Shown: positions 7,937 to 19,270, counted from the stretch's first letter. The stretch is DNA of 64,000 nucleotides from an uncultured Methanoregulaceae archaeon (GCA_963705255.1 OY970061.1:2432001-2496000), one strand, 5' to 3'. Program-made: numbers and translations. The notes: generated by a model not told the origin, from the sequence alone.

Positions 7937-9926
7937 TCATTGGGAAAAAAATGATTGCCAAAGCTCTTGCAAAAGAATTACTCCGATGACGTGTTCTGCA
8001 TTTTCCCTCTTTAAAATGTAGTTACATCCATAATATGGCCGACTTTGAGAATTTTCTTGAGTGATTTGTTGCAATTCATAGTCCATCAAAATTGCTTGAG
8101 TGTCCCACGCAACAATCAAATTAACCTGATCGAAGTACTTTTTTGACGGTTCTGATTCAGACCGCATCAAAATTTTCAATAATATCATCTAAAGTTACTT
8201 TTACTTCACACCAATGACCGTCTCGTTTGTACCGGTTATGATTATCAAATAATCCTGAATATAATCCCAAGGGGTTGCCCTGTGAATATTCTGTGATAGG
8301 ATTTTTCTCTAATAAATAATTAAAGAAAATATCATATCGGGAACTTGAACCAGGTATTCCATTTACTTTGTATCCTAACAATTTATCTCGGGAAATTAGT
8401 TCGAGAAATAAAGTTAAAACCTCACTTTCATAAATTGGTTCTTTACTTAAAATTTTTGAATTTGTAAGATTTTGGCGATTTGAATTAATTTGTTCTTCGA
8501 GTTCTCGTAGTTGTTGACGTGCAGACGCAAGATCAGTCGTTCCATGTCGGGTTTCTTCACCAACATGGATTAAATTCTTCTGATACCGATTCAGTAGTCG
8601 GTTAATTGATTCATTGATAAATTCAATCAATTCGGTTAGTTCAACGGGATATGTTTTTCTGCCGATATCCGGCCGCAATTTTTCATTAAAATGATACAAA
8701 ACAAAAAGCCTTTTTTGAATTTGAGGAGGTAATGTAACGGGAATTAAATCATTTACAGCACCCACGGGCATTGATGTTGTTCCAATTAAAAAACCACCTT
8801 TTATCTGAATATCATATTGATTTCCATTAAGTGCCCCGTATTTTTCTTTATAATACGTATTTTTATGAGATAAGCAGAAGTAAATTTCGGGCCTATATTT
8901 TTCCAATAGTTCATTGATTTTTTGAAACTTATTGAATCCTTCAATTTGCTCTTGTGTTGAGGATTCTCGCTCTAGACTCGATAAATAATTTCCGAATACC
9001 AGTCGTATTCCATTATAATCTAATTCGTCCCAAATAACTTCGTACTGTCGAGTGACTGAAGTCGTTACTAATGTTGTATATTTTACTTGTTTTCCTTCAA
9101 GTGAATATGAATGAGGATAAAACATGCCCGGCGAAAATAAAATCGGCGTACCATCCGAAATTTCAGATATATATGATAAATAAATTTTACATTGTTTAAC
9201 CCATTCAGGAAGCGATTTATTTATATTTATATAACCTGCAGCTGTTCTCGTCAAAAGAAGATGTTTCCAAAATTCTAATTTATTTCTTCCACCTATCACT
9301 TTAATTTTTTTAATCCCTGATAAATCACCAAATATAATCTTTGCATAGGTACCTTTCGAAGTTGTATCAAGTTTATTTGTAAATAGAATTCTCCTATTTA
9401 GCGGGGGAATTGCAGTCGTTGAAATTTCGTCATGAGGTGTGTTGTGCAACCAAGAGGCACCACCTTCATATTTCGCTTGATTTTTATCAGTTTCACTCAC
9501 TTTCGAGTGAAATTCAATATAATCATGCCCATGTAAAACATAAGTCATTGCAACTCCTTTATGTCCGCGCATTGGAGTCGTATAAATTAAATTTTTCAAG
9601 GATAAATTTGGTTTAAAAACATCTTTGAAATGAGTTGAATCAACACCACATCCGTTATCAATTACTTCTATTAGATTTTGACCAGACCTGGCATCAATGT
9701 TAATTTTAAGCCATGGATATAGGTTATCGTCAGTTTCATCAAAATGAGTTTCGTCTTTCCACCTTTTTTCTAAGGCATCAAAACTATTCTGAACTAATTC
9801 AATAATAATATCGAATTTGTCGTGATAACTATCTACGATATTTTTCACCATTGTGAAATACATCACATTTTTTACATCTTCGGAAATATCCGCGGAATCA
9901 AATGGTAAGAATTGATCATCAGGCAT
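7937..9926 (-). CDS. GHKL (HATPase_c/MORC-like) ATPase fused to a C-terminal PD-(D/E)XK-like nuclease domain; frameshift near 8160
   Basis: ELVQNSFDA, VIDNGCG, RGHKGVA, GTYAKI. C-terminal YD...EVK continues into QVNLIVAWD in ORF 7937-8188. Confidence 0.7.
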
Positions 9927-10107
9927 TTTTTCCCTCTTTTAAACCTGTTCATTTATTGCTTAGTTTGATTTTTTACACTTTACTCAGGTTCACCTATCTA
10001 TATATTCCTATTTTGAATAGAGCTGGTTTAACAAAAACGAGATCGTAGAACAAAAAATTACTGACGATCTATGCGAGATCAGGTATTTTATAGGATGAAT
10101 AAAAAAA

Positions 10108-10932
10108 TTATTTTGATAGATACTGTCCTAAAGTACTGTTCTCAAACAGTACAGGTTTTTTTATGTGAATCGTGTTGATGTCGAATTTTCCACGATGTAA
10201 TTCCAAATAATTTTCCTTAACCAATTTATTAACAATTTTTTGAAGTATGTCTAAAGAGAGGGTTCCTTTTGAGAAAAATAAATCAAGATCCGAATAGAGA
10301 TTGCTCTCTTTTACAGCATCCATCTCCAATTTATTGAGCACGGTTTCCAAATCTTTCATTGAAAGAAGGTCAATTGCTTTTCCTTCCAATCCTGGGTCAA
10401 ATTTCACTACAGGGCCAGAGGTATAATAAACACTCAAAGATTTTGACCACGATCTTAAACCCCCCTCAGCATATTTATTCAAGCCATGTAGTTTTTTAAT
10501 TTCATCAATAATTTTTTCGTAATCTGAGAACCCTTCTCGAATCATTTTTACAAAATCGCGGAAAACTGCATTATGGCTATACATATTCTTGAAAAAAGTA
10601 AATGAGACAAATGAATCCCATTCACCATTTGCACAACGAGATGCCACTCGTTTGCCAAGTATGCTTAAACTTTCATTTTCGATAAACTCCAATTTTTTTA
10701 ATAATTGAATTTGCGAGGAGATATGCTCACGAGAAACATTTTTAAACAACTCCCCCTCAGTCCTCCTTTTCTTCTCGTTATAAAAATTAAGAATATCATC
10801 TTCAAAATTCTGAAGAGGTTTGGAATCCAATTCAATATTCAGGAGTATTTCAAGAATTTCACAACAAGTACTCATTTTAGTTATTGAAAGTAAATGTTTT
10901 GAGATTTCAGAGGTGTTTTGTCGTAGAGCCAT
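10108..10932 (-). CDS. Hypothetical protein, probably with winged-helix repeats
   Basis: 274-aa ORF abutting the stop of the large ATPase; segments LKKLEFIENESLSILGK and IVNKLVKENYLEL are wHTH-like. Confidence 0.6.
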   Translation of the reverse strand: MALRQNTSEISKHLLSITKMSTCCEILEILLNIELDSKPLQNFEDDILNFYNEKKRRTEGELFKNVSREHISSQIQLLKKLEFIENESLSILGKRVASRCANGEWDSFVSFTFFKNMYSHNAVFRDFVKMIREGFSDYEKIIDEIKKLHGLNKYAEGGLRSWSKSLSVYYTSGPVVKFDPGLEGKAIDLLSMKDLETVLNKLEMDAVKESNLYSDLDLFFSKGTLSLDILQKIVNKLVKENYLELHRGKFDINTIHIKKPVLFENSTLGQYLSK

Positions 10933-13911
10933 TTACGATACCTTATAAGTCGCACAGAGCACATCACTCTCTTCTAAAAATCTCACAAATTCCCTTGCCT
11001 TTTTATCATCCAAGCCAAATTCCTCTCCAATAGATTCGATTGTGTATACTTTATTTGGTTTAAAAAGTGATTTGAAGGTTGGACCCAATCTTTTGAATTC
11101 ATCATCGAGAGTCACTTCAAGGGCTTCATACATTTTTCCATTATTAATCAATGTTCTGCAATTTGCAATTCTCTTATCCATATCATCAACAATTATTTTT
11201 ATTTTTTGAAGGTGGGATTTGTTTAAAAATTGTTCATAACGACGGAGAAGTAGGTTTGCTTCACCATATTTTTCTGATAAAGATTTAATGTGTGCAGTTG
11301 CTCTTTGGCCAAGGTCTGCATAAGTACCATGCAATGTCGATAGTTTCGTCTCAACGATATTGATATTATCACTTTTTCTAATTATTTCCCAATCTTCTTT
11401 CAATTTTTTTTCGTCGAGGTCAAGGACCTTCTTTTTCGATGCAGTAATCAATTCAGCAATATTGAAGTCTTTTAAATCACGTTCTAAATTTTTCCCCTTT
11501 GACGAAAACGCATTATATTTCGCTATCAGTTCCTCAAAAACCGGTTTAGATGCGAGGATGTATTTTTCGAGATCGCTCCGATCCAAACTCTGTTCAAGTT
11601 CCTTATCGAACTTCACTAATTCCTTTTCTAATTGTGAATCTTTGAATTTTAATTTCTTTAAATCTTGAATTGCGGAAGTTAGTGCAGTTTTTCTTGTATT
11701 ATACGTCTGGGAGATTTCAAGGATAAATGATATGAATTTGTTAGACCGTGCAACAACATCCTTTACTCTGACATCGTAGGTATACAGGTTGATAAAATTA
11801 GTGAAAATATTATCAGTAGGTTTGAACGCGGTGATCTCTTTTTTTATCTGAGAAAGCTGATTATCGAACGCGGAGATTTTGCTATCAAATTTTTCAATTA
11901 ATGTATCTCCAGCAACCTCCCGACTTGCTTCAATTGAACTACTCATTTCTTTGGAATATGCAATAATTGAATTATTTAACAATGTTCTTCTATCTTCGAA
12001 CACTCGAATTTTTAAACCATCGGTAATCTGTAATTTTTTTAATAATGAAACTGCAGCCTCGATAGGTCGGTTTTCTGAATTGAGATAAAAGACTTCTTTC
12101 CATAAGTGATCCGGATTAAAAATTCCCCGAGACACAATCTGATTATACCAATAAGGGGTTGTAAAACCAGCACCATCGAAAAATCCACACTCCATTAAAA
12201 TATCAGTATTAATTTTCTGTGTCTCACACTTTGATAAACTCTCTAAATTTTTAATAAATATTTCATAGTCTTCATCATTTTGCAGCTTGGCTCCCAACAA
12301 ATGAGGGATATAGTGCTGCTCCCTATTTTTTTTATAAAATGCATTTATCTTTTCAATTATTGATGTGATTTGAGGGGATATCTCTTCACGCCCTTTGTTT
12401 AACTCACCTACGGACAAGAGATTTTCATCAAACAAAGAATATCGAATCATCATCTCTGGAGATGAAGGTAAGACGAGGATTGCTTCATTCTCACCAACTT
12501 TTTTTGATTTGTTTTCTTTATTCAGGACATATACACAGAAAATGTCCGTACTGGTTTTGGGGTCACTTCCCTTTTTTACAGTAAGAGGAATCTTTGCTTT
12601 TTCACCAGGAATCGAGCATGCAATTTTCTTTGTTTTATTATCAATACTGAAGCGATCGGAACAGTAAGGTAAAATTTTACTCATTTTTTCAACAGCTAAA
12701 TCAAGCTGCAATTCAGGATTTGTTAGGAGACCCTTGCTTGCATATTCCTTGTATTTCTCTCTCGCAGGTCGAGTATCCTTTAACTCTACAAGGTCAATTT
12801 CAGATTCTTTACCTTTTTCCTCATGTTTCTTCGTATCGACGCGATGACTTCCGCTCTCTAACTGCCATTCGTTAACTTTCGCTTTATCAATATCTCCTCC
12901 TCCACGCCGATTTATATAAAAAAGAATGTCATGGCAGTTGATGATAAACTGCCTGAACGAGAAATGATCATTCGAATCTTTTGAAATTTTAATTATAAGG
13001 TGGATACTCTCCCGTGTAAAAGGATTAAAGTCATCGATTCCCGTTGTTTTTATCCTGCTCTTCTCTAACCGGATTTTTACATAATCTAAAGCATCTTGTT
13101 CAGAAAATGAAGATAAGGGAATTATCCGTTTGAGGCGTGTCTCTAATGCGTTATTAATACTATGAATACGCTGATAGGTAATATCGGTCATATAGAGGAA
13201 CAATGCAACAGGGAATTTCTGGTCCTGTTTTCCTTCCTGAATATAGCCAAGTAAATCTCTTAAATATTTCAAATCTCGTTCAATCTGGGATGTTGTCATG
13301 GAGGCCATGCCCCAACGATCTTCGACCTCATCGATATGAATTACGACGCAGTCGTGCCTACCAATCGTCGTAAGAGCATCGATGTACCCGTACCAAGTGC
13401 TCATAAGGTAAGTCGCTCTTCGGAGCTCGTCTTTATTGGATTTTTCAAGTTTTAATTCTTTAAAAGATAATTCCAGAGCATTTTTCAAACAGGTGCTGAC
13501 TTTTTCCTGGTCCAGGGTATTACAGGCAATTTCAAGGCGGTTTACGATTAATGCAAGAATAAAAAACGGGTCATCATAGGTCCCACTTTCCATGCGGATA
13601 TAGATGTGTTCCGTTGATGGGTGGTATTTACGGGAGCGATCTATTAATTTATAAGCGAGATGTGTTTTCCCGGCGGAGGGCTCTCCTTTGACAACAGCGG
13701 CGATAAGTTTCCCGCCCCGTCGGGCCATATCAATGATTTCATCGCCTTGTTTCAATTCCGTTTGTCGTAATAAAGAATCTTCAACAGATATGGTGGGATC
13801 AAACTCTCCCTGAGGTTCAAAAGGAATGTATTTTAGATTTAAATTCGCAAAACCGTTTGCTGATTCTTGAATTATCTTCTTGACCGCCATGATTTCGCCT
13901 GATTTTACCAT
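10933..13911 (-). CDS. Large AAA+ ATPase with a long C-terminal coiled coil and terminal wHTH
   Basis: Walker A GEPSAGKT, Walker B IHIDEVE, FNPFT. The K/E/L-rich C-terminal third ends IESIGEEFGLDDKKAREFVRFLEESDVL. Confidence 0.75.
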   Translation of the reverse strand: MVKSGEIMAVKKIIQESANGFANLNLKYIPFEPQGEFDPTISVEDSLLRQTELKQGDEIIDMARRGGKLIAAVVKGEPSAGKTHLAYKLIDRSRKYHPSTEHIYIRMESGTYDDPFFILALIVNRLEIACNTLDQEKVSTCLKNALELSFKELKLEKSNKDELRRATYLMSTWYGYIDALTTIGRHDCVVIHIDEVEDRWGMASMTTSQIERDLKYLRDLLGYIQEGKQDQKFPVALFLYMTDITYQRIHSINNALETRLKRIIPLSSFSEQDALDYVKIRLEKSRIKTTGIDDFNPFTRESIHLIIKISKDSNDHFSFRQFIINCHDILFYINRRGGGDIDKAKVNEWQLESGSHRVDTKKHEEKGKESEIDLVELKDTRPAREKYKEYASKGLLTNPELQLDLAVEKMSKILPYCSDRFSIDNKTKKIACSIPGEKAKIPLTVKKGSDPKTSTDIFCVYVLNKENKSKKVGENEAILVLPSSPEMMIRYSLFDENLLSVGELNKGREEISPQITSIIEKINAFYKKNREQHYIPHLLGAKLQNDEDYEIFIKNLESLSKCETQKINTDILMECGFFDGAGFTTPYWYNQIVSRGIFNPDHLWKEVFYLNSENRPIEAAVSLLKKLQITDGLKIRVFEDRRTLLNNSIIAYSKEMSSSIEASREVAGDTLIEKFDSKISAFDNQLSQIKKEITAFKPTDNIFTNFINLYTYDVRVKDVVARSNKFISFILEISQTYNTRKTALTSAIQDLKKLKFKDSQLEKELVKFDKELEQSLDRSDLEKYILASKPVFEELIAKYNAFSSKGKNLERDLKDFNIAELITASKKKVLDLDEKKLKEDWEIIRKSDNINIVETKLSTLHGTYADLGQRATAHIKSLSEKYGEANLLLRRYEQFLNKSHLQKIKIIVDDMDKRIANCRTLINNGKMYEALEVTLDDEFKRLGPTFKSLFKPNKVYTIESIGEEFGLDDKKAREFVRFLEESDVLCATYKVS

Positions 13912-13952
13912 TGATGATGTTAATTGATTAATTTTTTTAAGTTGTTTTTAAT

Positions 13953-15354
13953 ATGAAGTGTGAGAGACACTATGTCGTGACATCGGATTTATCATCAGAT
14001 GCTTATGATACATCGCGGTTAGGTATTATCATCCGTGATTCTGAGGGTGCATTTTACCAATCCAGAATCGAATGTGAAAAAACCGTCCGGCAAATAGAAT
14101 CTGAACTGGATCGGCATGCACTTCTTATCGATCCCGAAATCTCAAATCCGAATCCTGAAACAAAAATAAATTATGTAGCGATTGACGGAACGCGGGATAT
14201 TCTCGAAGGTCAGACTCATGCGCGTCTGTTCGCAGGGGCATTTGCGGTGTATGGAGAATTCAACAAGACCGTGGATATCACAGAAATTCAACGTAGTTGT
14301 GCTTTCAGTGTAGTATCATTGCCTTACAAAATATTGACATCCGGAAATGATTACATTACAGAGAGTGCAGGTTCTGTTACGAATCTACTCATGCTTTTAG
14401 CGGAAATTTATGTTGCAAAAACATACGCTGATAATGATAGCAAGGATCTTGATTTAATATTACTCGATCGCCCCCTCTGTGGGACGCTTGCACATACTCG
14501 CACCGCCCTATCCCCGCATAGTATTCTCAAAAAACTGGGAGCTGAAAAATATTCAAAATGACAAAAATCTCGATTCAGCTATTCCCATTTTTGAAGATAT
14601 TTGCAAACGGCTATTTGTTGAATCGCTTGCGGAACCTCTTAAAATTGAGGGGGAACACCTGTCTTCCGATGATCTAATGTATCTTTGTCGGGTGGGAATG
14701 AATGCCTTGTTCAGGATCTGTAAAGAGAAAAATATTGAATTGATCGGGGTCACAAAGACCACGAATGACTGCTCCTTTTTACGGTTATTGATAACACTGA
14801 ATGCGATGGAAGGTCGCGATACTAAGAAAATCTATAAAATTCTCTCCCAGATCGATGATTGCAAAATGCTCGGCAGTTGGATTAGTCCCTATCAGAAACT
14901 TGTCTGCACAAGGGAGTATGATACTGCCTTGATGACGATAATGGTTGACGAGTCAAAAAAATTGAGAGAACTTGGGGGTGGGGGGCAGGTTCCCCAAAAA
15001 CTGATTGTGCGTTCATACATGAGTTTTGGGTTACCAAACAAGGGGGGATTTATTTTTGCTGTTGAGCGACTGGTTTTGAAAAATGAAAAATCATCGACTA
15101 TCATGTTACCCAAAAATACCGAAATTTACCTCTATGCAAAAGAAGGAAATAAAAGCCAGTTAAACATATTTCATCTTCTCAAAAACATGTGCACCGGGGC
15201 ATTTCCCGAAGCATTGTACTATCCGCTGCCCCTTGCACTCGCACATAGGTTTGCAAAATCGAATTTTGATTATATCAGGCCCCGGTTAAAGGCAACAAGC
15301 CGAGTATTCGGAACAGAGTACGGGTTTAATGACCTGAAGAGAGAGTTCACATGA
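13953..15354 (+). CDS. nurA: NurA-family nuclease, frameshift near 14500-14560
   Basis: VAIDGT, LILLDRPL, IGVTK and YPLPLALAH motifs spread across two ORFs; overlaps herA. Confidence 0.8.
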
Positions 15355-17168
15355 CAGAAGAGATTATTGAACCGTTCAGAAACGTCGGTCGAGTAATTAA
15401 GATTACCGGAAGTGGATCGTCTACCCTGGTGGAAATTTTCTTTCCCTATACTAAAGAAGCAATTACGAATATCCGGGAAGGAGCCTTCCTGGCTCTAGAA
15501 AATGTTCGATCGACATCCCAGAAACGAATATATTCATTATTCAATGTTGTCAGTTACGATGTTTTTCATTCGGGATTATCTGATTTAGATCCGACCAAAG
15601 TACCCTTCCCTGAAACGGTCATTGAAGTGGCATCCCGTGCCTACAAAGAACTTGTGGAAGGGATGCCGGATAAGATCAGTCTCGCGGGAATCAAGGTTCG
15701 GTGCATTCCTGCGGGATATGAGATTATCGACGATGACGCCTTGACAATCAATCCCAGTAATGAAAAGCCACTCATTGGAACTGAAGTGTACAATCCATCT
15801 GAAAAAATTTTAGATAAAATGTTCAATCGTGGACTCTCTAAAGAACGCGGCGCCATTGAGATTGGGCATTATCATCATGGTAACAATAAAATCGAAATTC
15901 TCCTTGATCCAAGAAGGTTAGTTCAGCATCATATTGGTGTTTTTGCGTCGACGGGCGCTGGAAAAAGTTTCTTGATTTCTAATTTATTAAAAGAAACTCT
16001 TGACCAAGGGATACGGAGTATTGTTTTTGACACCGTCCCTGAATTTCCAGCATTATTAATTGATGTCATTCACGAATATTCTTCAAAATATAACGACGAT
16101 TACAAAACCTCGATAATTTTTAGAGATCGGCAGGATATTGCAGCAATCAGTGATCCTGAAAAATTAATTGGACGTATGACCATCCCGGAAACAATCAGAA
16201 ACAAGCACCGGAATAAATTGCTTAGCATCATGTCAAACTCCCGGTTTTTATCGGATCCGGTTCCAAAAATAATGCTACCGTTTTTAACCTCAACTGAAAT
16301 TATTAACCTCGTAAATTATACAATGTCAATAAAACGACTTCCTCAGGCAGAAACTGTTGCTCAGACTATCGAGCAGTTAATTGAGGATAAATATCCTGAT
16401 GCGATTTTTGCAGGAAATGTAAGAAATCTCGACACCTATGTGACAGATTATACTCATATTCAGAAAGTTTTTGATATAATCCTTAGTGAGCAAAACCGTA
16501 TCGGTGATGATAAGGATATCACCTACAAATTCTACGATACAGTTTATCAGATGTTGCGGAATAAGGCCGACCGCCGTGATCGCGAACTCGAATTGTATCT
16601 GTCTGAAATAGATCAACTCAATATTAAGAAAAACCAGGTTACAGAACCCCGCAATCTTGTACGACCATTGATTGATGGGGATAGTAAACTGCATATCGTA
16701 ATTAGTGATACGACAGACGAGACAAAACACCTGATCTCAAACTCCATATCAAATGCATTCTCTCTGCAAAAAGGAAAAGCAGACAAAAGCCTGATGTTTG
16801 TTGTCGATGAGGCGCATAACTTCGCGTCAATAGATCCCACACCCAGCTCTAAGGCTCTTGAAAAATTAGCACGGGAAGGGAGGAAGTTCAACATTGGATT
16901 ATGCATGGCCTCACAACGATGCACTTACCTCAATACAAGTGTTATGGCTCAATTGAAGACCTATTTTATTAGCAACCTCAGGATGAAAACGGATAGAGAT
17001 CGGATCCGTTCTATCTTCGATATTAATTCTGAGATTCTCGATAGTTCCGCAAACTTAAGCGGTCAAGATTGGTATCTCGTATCGGAAGTTGCAACGGGAC
17101 TCCGAAATACTCCCATGAAAATCCGTGTTCATGATGTAAACAAGAGGATTGAAGATTCAATAAACTGA
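15351..17168 (+). CDS. herA: HerA/FtsK-family ATPase with N-terminal HAS barrel
   Basis: HIGVFASTGAGKS, VVDEAHNF, AREGRKFNIGLCMASQR. Confidence 0.9.
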   Translation: MTEEIIEPFRNVGRVIKITGSGSSTLVEIFFPYTKEAITNIREGAFLALENVRSTSQKRIYSLFNVVSYDVFHSGLSDLDPTKVPFPETVIEVASRAYKELVEGMPDKISLAGIKVRCIPAGYEIIDDDALTINPSNEKPLIGTEVYNPSEKILDKMFNRGLSKERGAIEIGHYHHGNNKIEILLDPRRLVQHHIGVFASTGAGKSFLISNLLKETLDQGIRSIVFDTVPEFPALLIDVIHEYSSKYNDDYKTSIIFRDRQDIAAISDPEKLIGRMTIPETIRNKHRNKLLSIMSNSRFLSDPVPKIMLPFLTSTEIINLVNYTMSIKRLPQAETVAQTIEQLIEDKYPDAIFAGNVRNLDTYVTDYTHIQKVFDIILSEQNRIGDDKDITYKFYDTVYQMLRNKADRRDRELELYLSEIDQLNIKKNQVTEPRNLVRPLIDGDSKLHIVISDTTDETKHLISNSISNAFSLQKGKADKSLMFVVDEAHNFASIDPTPSSKALEKLAREGRKFNIGLCMASQRCTYLNTSVMAQLKTYFISNLRMKTDRDRIRSIFDINSEILDSSANLSGQDWYLVSEVATGLRNTPMKIRVHDVNKRIEDSIN

Positions 17169-17230
17169 CTTGATAAAAATAAACAATACACAAATTTATT
17201 CCCTTTTTCTATCTAATGTGTGAATGAATC

Positions 17231-18968
17231 ATGCGTTTCTTCATTCCCGAATGGGACGACCGGGTAGACCCTGGCTACGATTTTCATTCCGATATGCACT
17301 CCCCGTCTCATAAGGCGAACCCAACAAAAAATGGCGCATACATGTGGGATATATTTGGAATAGAGAACATGCCTTTTGATGGTGTTCTGGTTTCAATCGC
17401 CACATTACAACAAAATAAGACGAAATACCAGTCTCTTCTCGGATCCGGAATTCACGAATTGCTTCACCTTCCAAAAAAAATTGAGATTTTAGCAGATTGT
17501 GGAGCATTCTCTTACATTGATAAAAAAATTCCCCCGTACAGAACCTCTGATGCCCTTAAACTCTATCGTGACGGTGGATTCGATTACGGTGTGAGTGTCG
17601 ACCATTTAGTTGTCCCAATGTATAAAGAGCAGAATCAAGCGAGGATAAAAATCACGTACGAGAATGGGGTTGATGCTTTTCAACTGTGGAGAAAAAAGTA
17701 CAAATCGGACTTTCAATTAATTGTCGCCGTCCAAGGATCGGAAATTAATGATTATATCAACATGTTTGATAAGTTCTATAAAAGGGGAATTCGCCATTTT
17801 GCATTCGGAAGTCTGGTTAGGGCTCCAACTTTTTTTATCATCAAACTCATAACAAGCCCTCATGGAAAATATTAAGTCAACCAATAAACATCCAGAATTC
17901 ATACATTTTTTCGGAGTAGCCCGATGTGCTCTTTTTCCAAAATTCAAGGAACTTGAGGAACTCACAGGAATTCAAGTTTCTTTTGATTCCGCCTCGTATC
18001 TGAGAAAAGCTTGGTTGACTTCAGCAAATACGCAATTCAATTATATTGATCAAGCATGGGAGGGTTACTCAGCAATTCGGATCCCCCCAAAACTTTCACG
18101 ATCGAAGGAAGAAAATCTCGATCATACTGAATATGAGATGATGTCTCAAAAGTGTCTAGAAGCATTACGAAATTTTGACGATGATAAAATTAGTCTTGAT
18201 GATGCACTGAATGAATTAAAAACATTCATCGAAAAAAGAAAGGACGATCCAAAATTACTCTCATATTACGAACGAACTCTAAAGTCAAAACCCTGGAAGA
18301 CCTGTCCCTGCCCGATTTGTAATGATATCGGAATAGATGTTATGATATTCCGAGGAAATAATCGTAACCGCCGCCGTGGTTTTCACAATATTTATACCTT
18401 CAATCAATTGGTGAAAGACAATTCTAAATGGGGAATATGCCAGAAAAAAGAAACCGCTAGACGAATGAAATTACAAGAAAGAACAAACCTCGAATTCCTG
18501 AAAAAAGGAATGAAGGTCTTAATCATCACAGCATGCAGTAAAAACAAACTCGGCTGTGATAGCTCAATATCAGCTCCAGCAAAAGAAATGTACCTGGGCA
18601 CACTCTTCAAAAAAGTGAAATTATATGCAGAAGTAATGAAATTCGAATATAGGATAATCTCAGCAGAACATGGCCTGGTAAAACCCGATCAAGAAATTGA
18701 AGGTTACGATAAAAAACTTCGAACGAATGGAGATATCGAATATATTCGGCCAGGTGTCGAAGAAAAGATTAGAGAAGAATTTTCTCACTATGATAAAATC
18801 GTTGTAGTTGCTGGAGAGAAATACCGGGAAGTTTTAGTGAATGTTTTCGATGAGAGATTTTATTTTTTGAAGGCAAGAGGGATCGGAGATCTTATCAGTA
18901 TAGTTTCAAAGGCGATTCCGAAACATAAATCATTGAGCAATTTTTTGGTTTCTGAAACAAAAGAATAG
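17231..18968 (+). CDS. dpdA: DNA-guanine transglycosylase DpdA fused to a YaaA/DUF6884-like C-terminal domain; frameshift near 17855
   Basis: MRFFIPEWDDRVDPGYDF, DCGAFSY, SVDHL, HFFGV, SFDSAS, CPCPIC, IFRGNNRNRRRGFHN. C-terminal IITACSKNK...PAKEMYLG...IISAEHGL...IEGYD. Confidence 0.85.
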
Positions 18969-19063
18969 GATTTTCAATAAGGTTTGTAGAAATGGACATT
19001 CCAAAAACCACCCAGGACCAACCTATTCAGCAAGTGGCTCCGGCCCCGTTCGCGCCAGACCTC

Positions 19064-19252
19064 TCACGCTTTCGTCTTATACACCCGCTCGTATTGTAAA
19101 ACAAGATTGCCCTTTTCTTCCTTGACAATCAGCCGGAAAACATCGCCTGGATTAATTTTGACAGACTTAACCACGTCAGATGGAATAGTGAGGTCGAGAG
19201 AATTGGAACCATAATGGAACCGGGACTTGACGATACTTTCCCTCTCAACCAT
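19064..19252 (-). CDS. AbrB/MazE/SpoVT-family DNA-binding protein
   Basis: GSNSLDLTIPSDVVKSVKINPGDVF. Confidence 0.8.
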   Translation of the reverse strand: MVERESIVKSRFHYGSNSLDLTIPSDVVKSVKINPGDVFRLIVKEEKGNLVLQYERVYKTKA

Positions 19253-19270
19253 ACTTCCCAATGGGGGCTA

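Noticed and set aside
14479-17875. Programmed frameshifting in nurA and dpdA
   Set aside because: Similar breaks occur in hisF and many unrelated genes; sequencing error is simpler.
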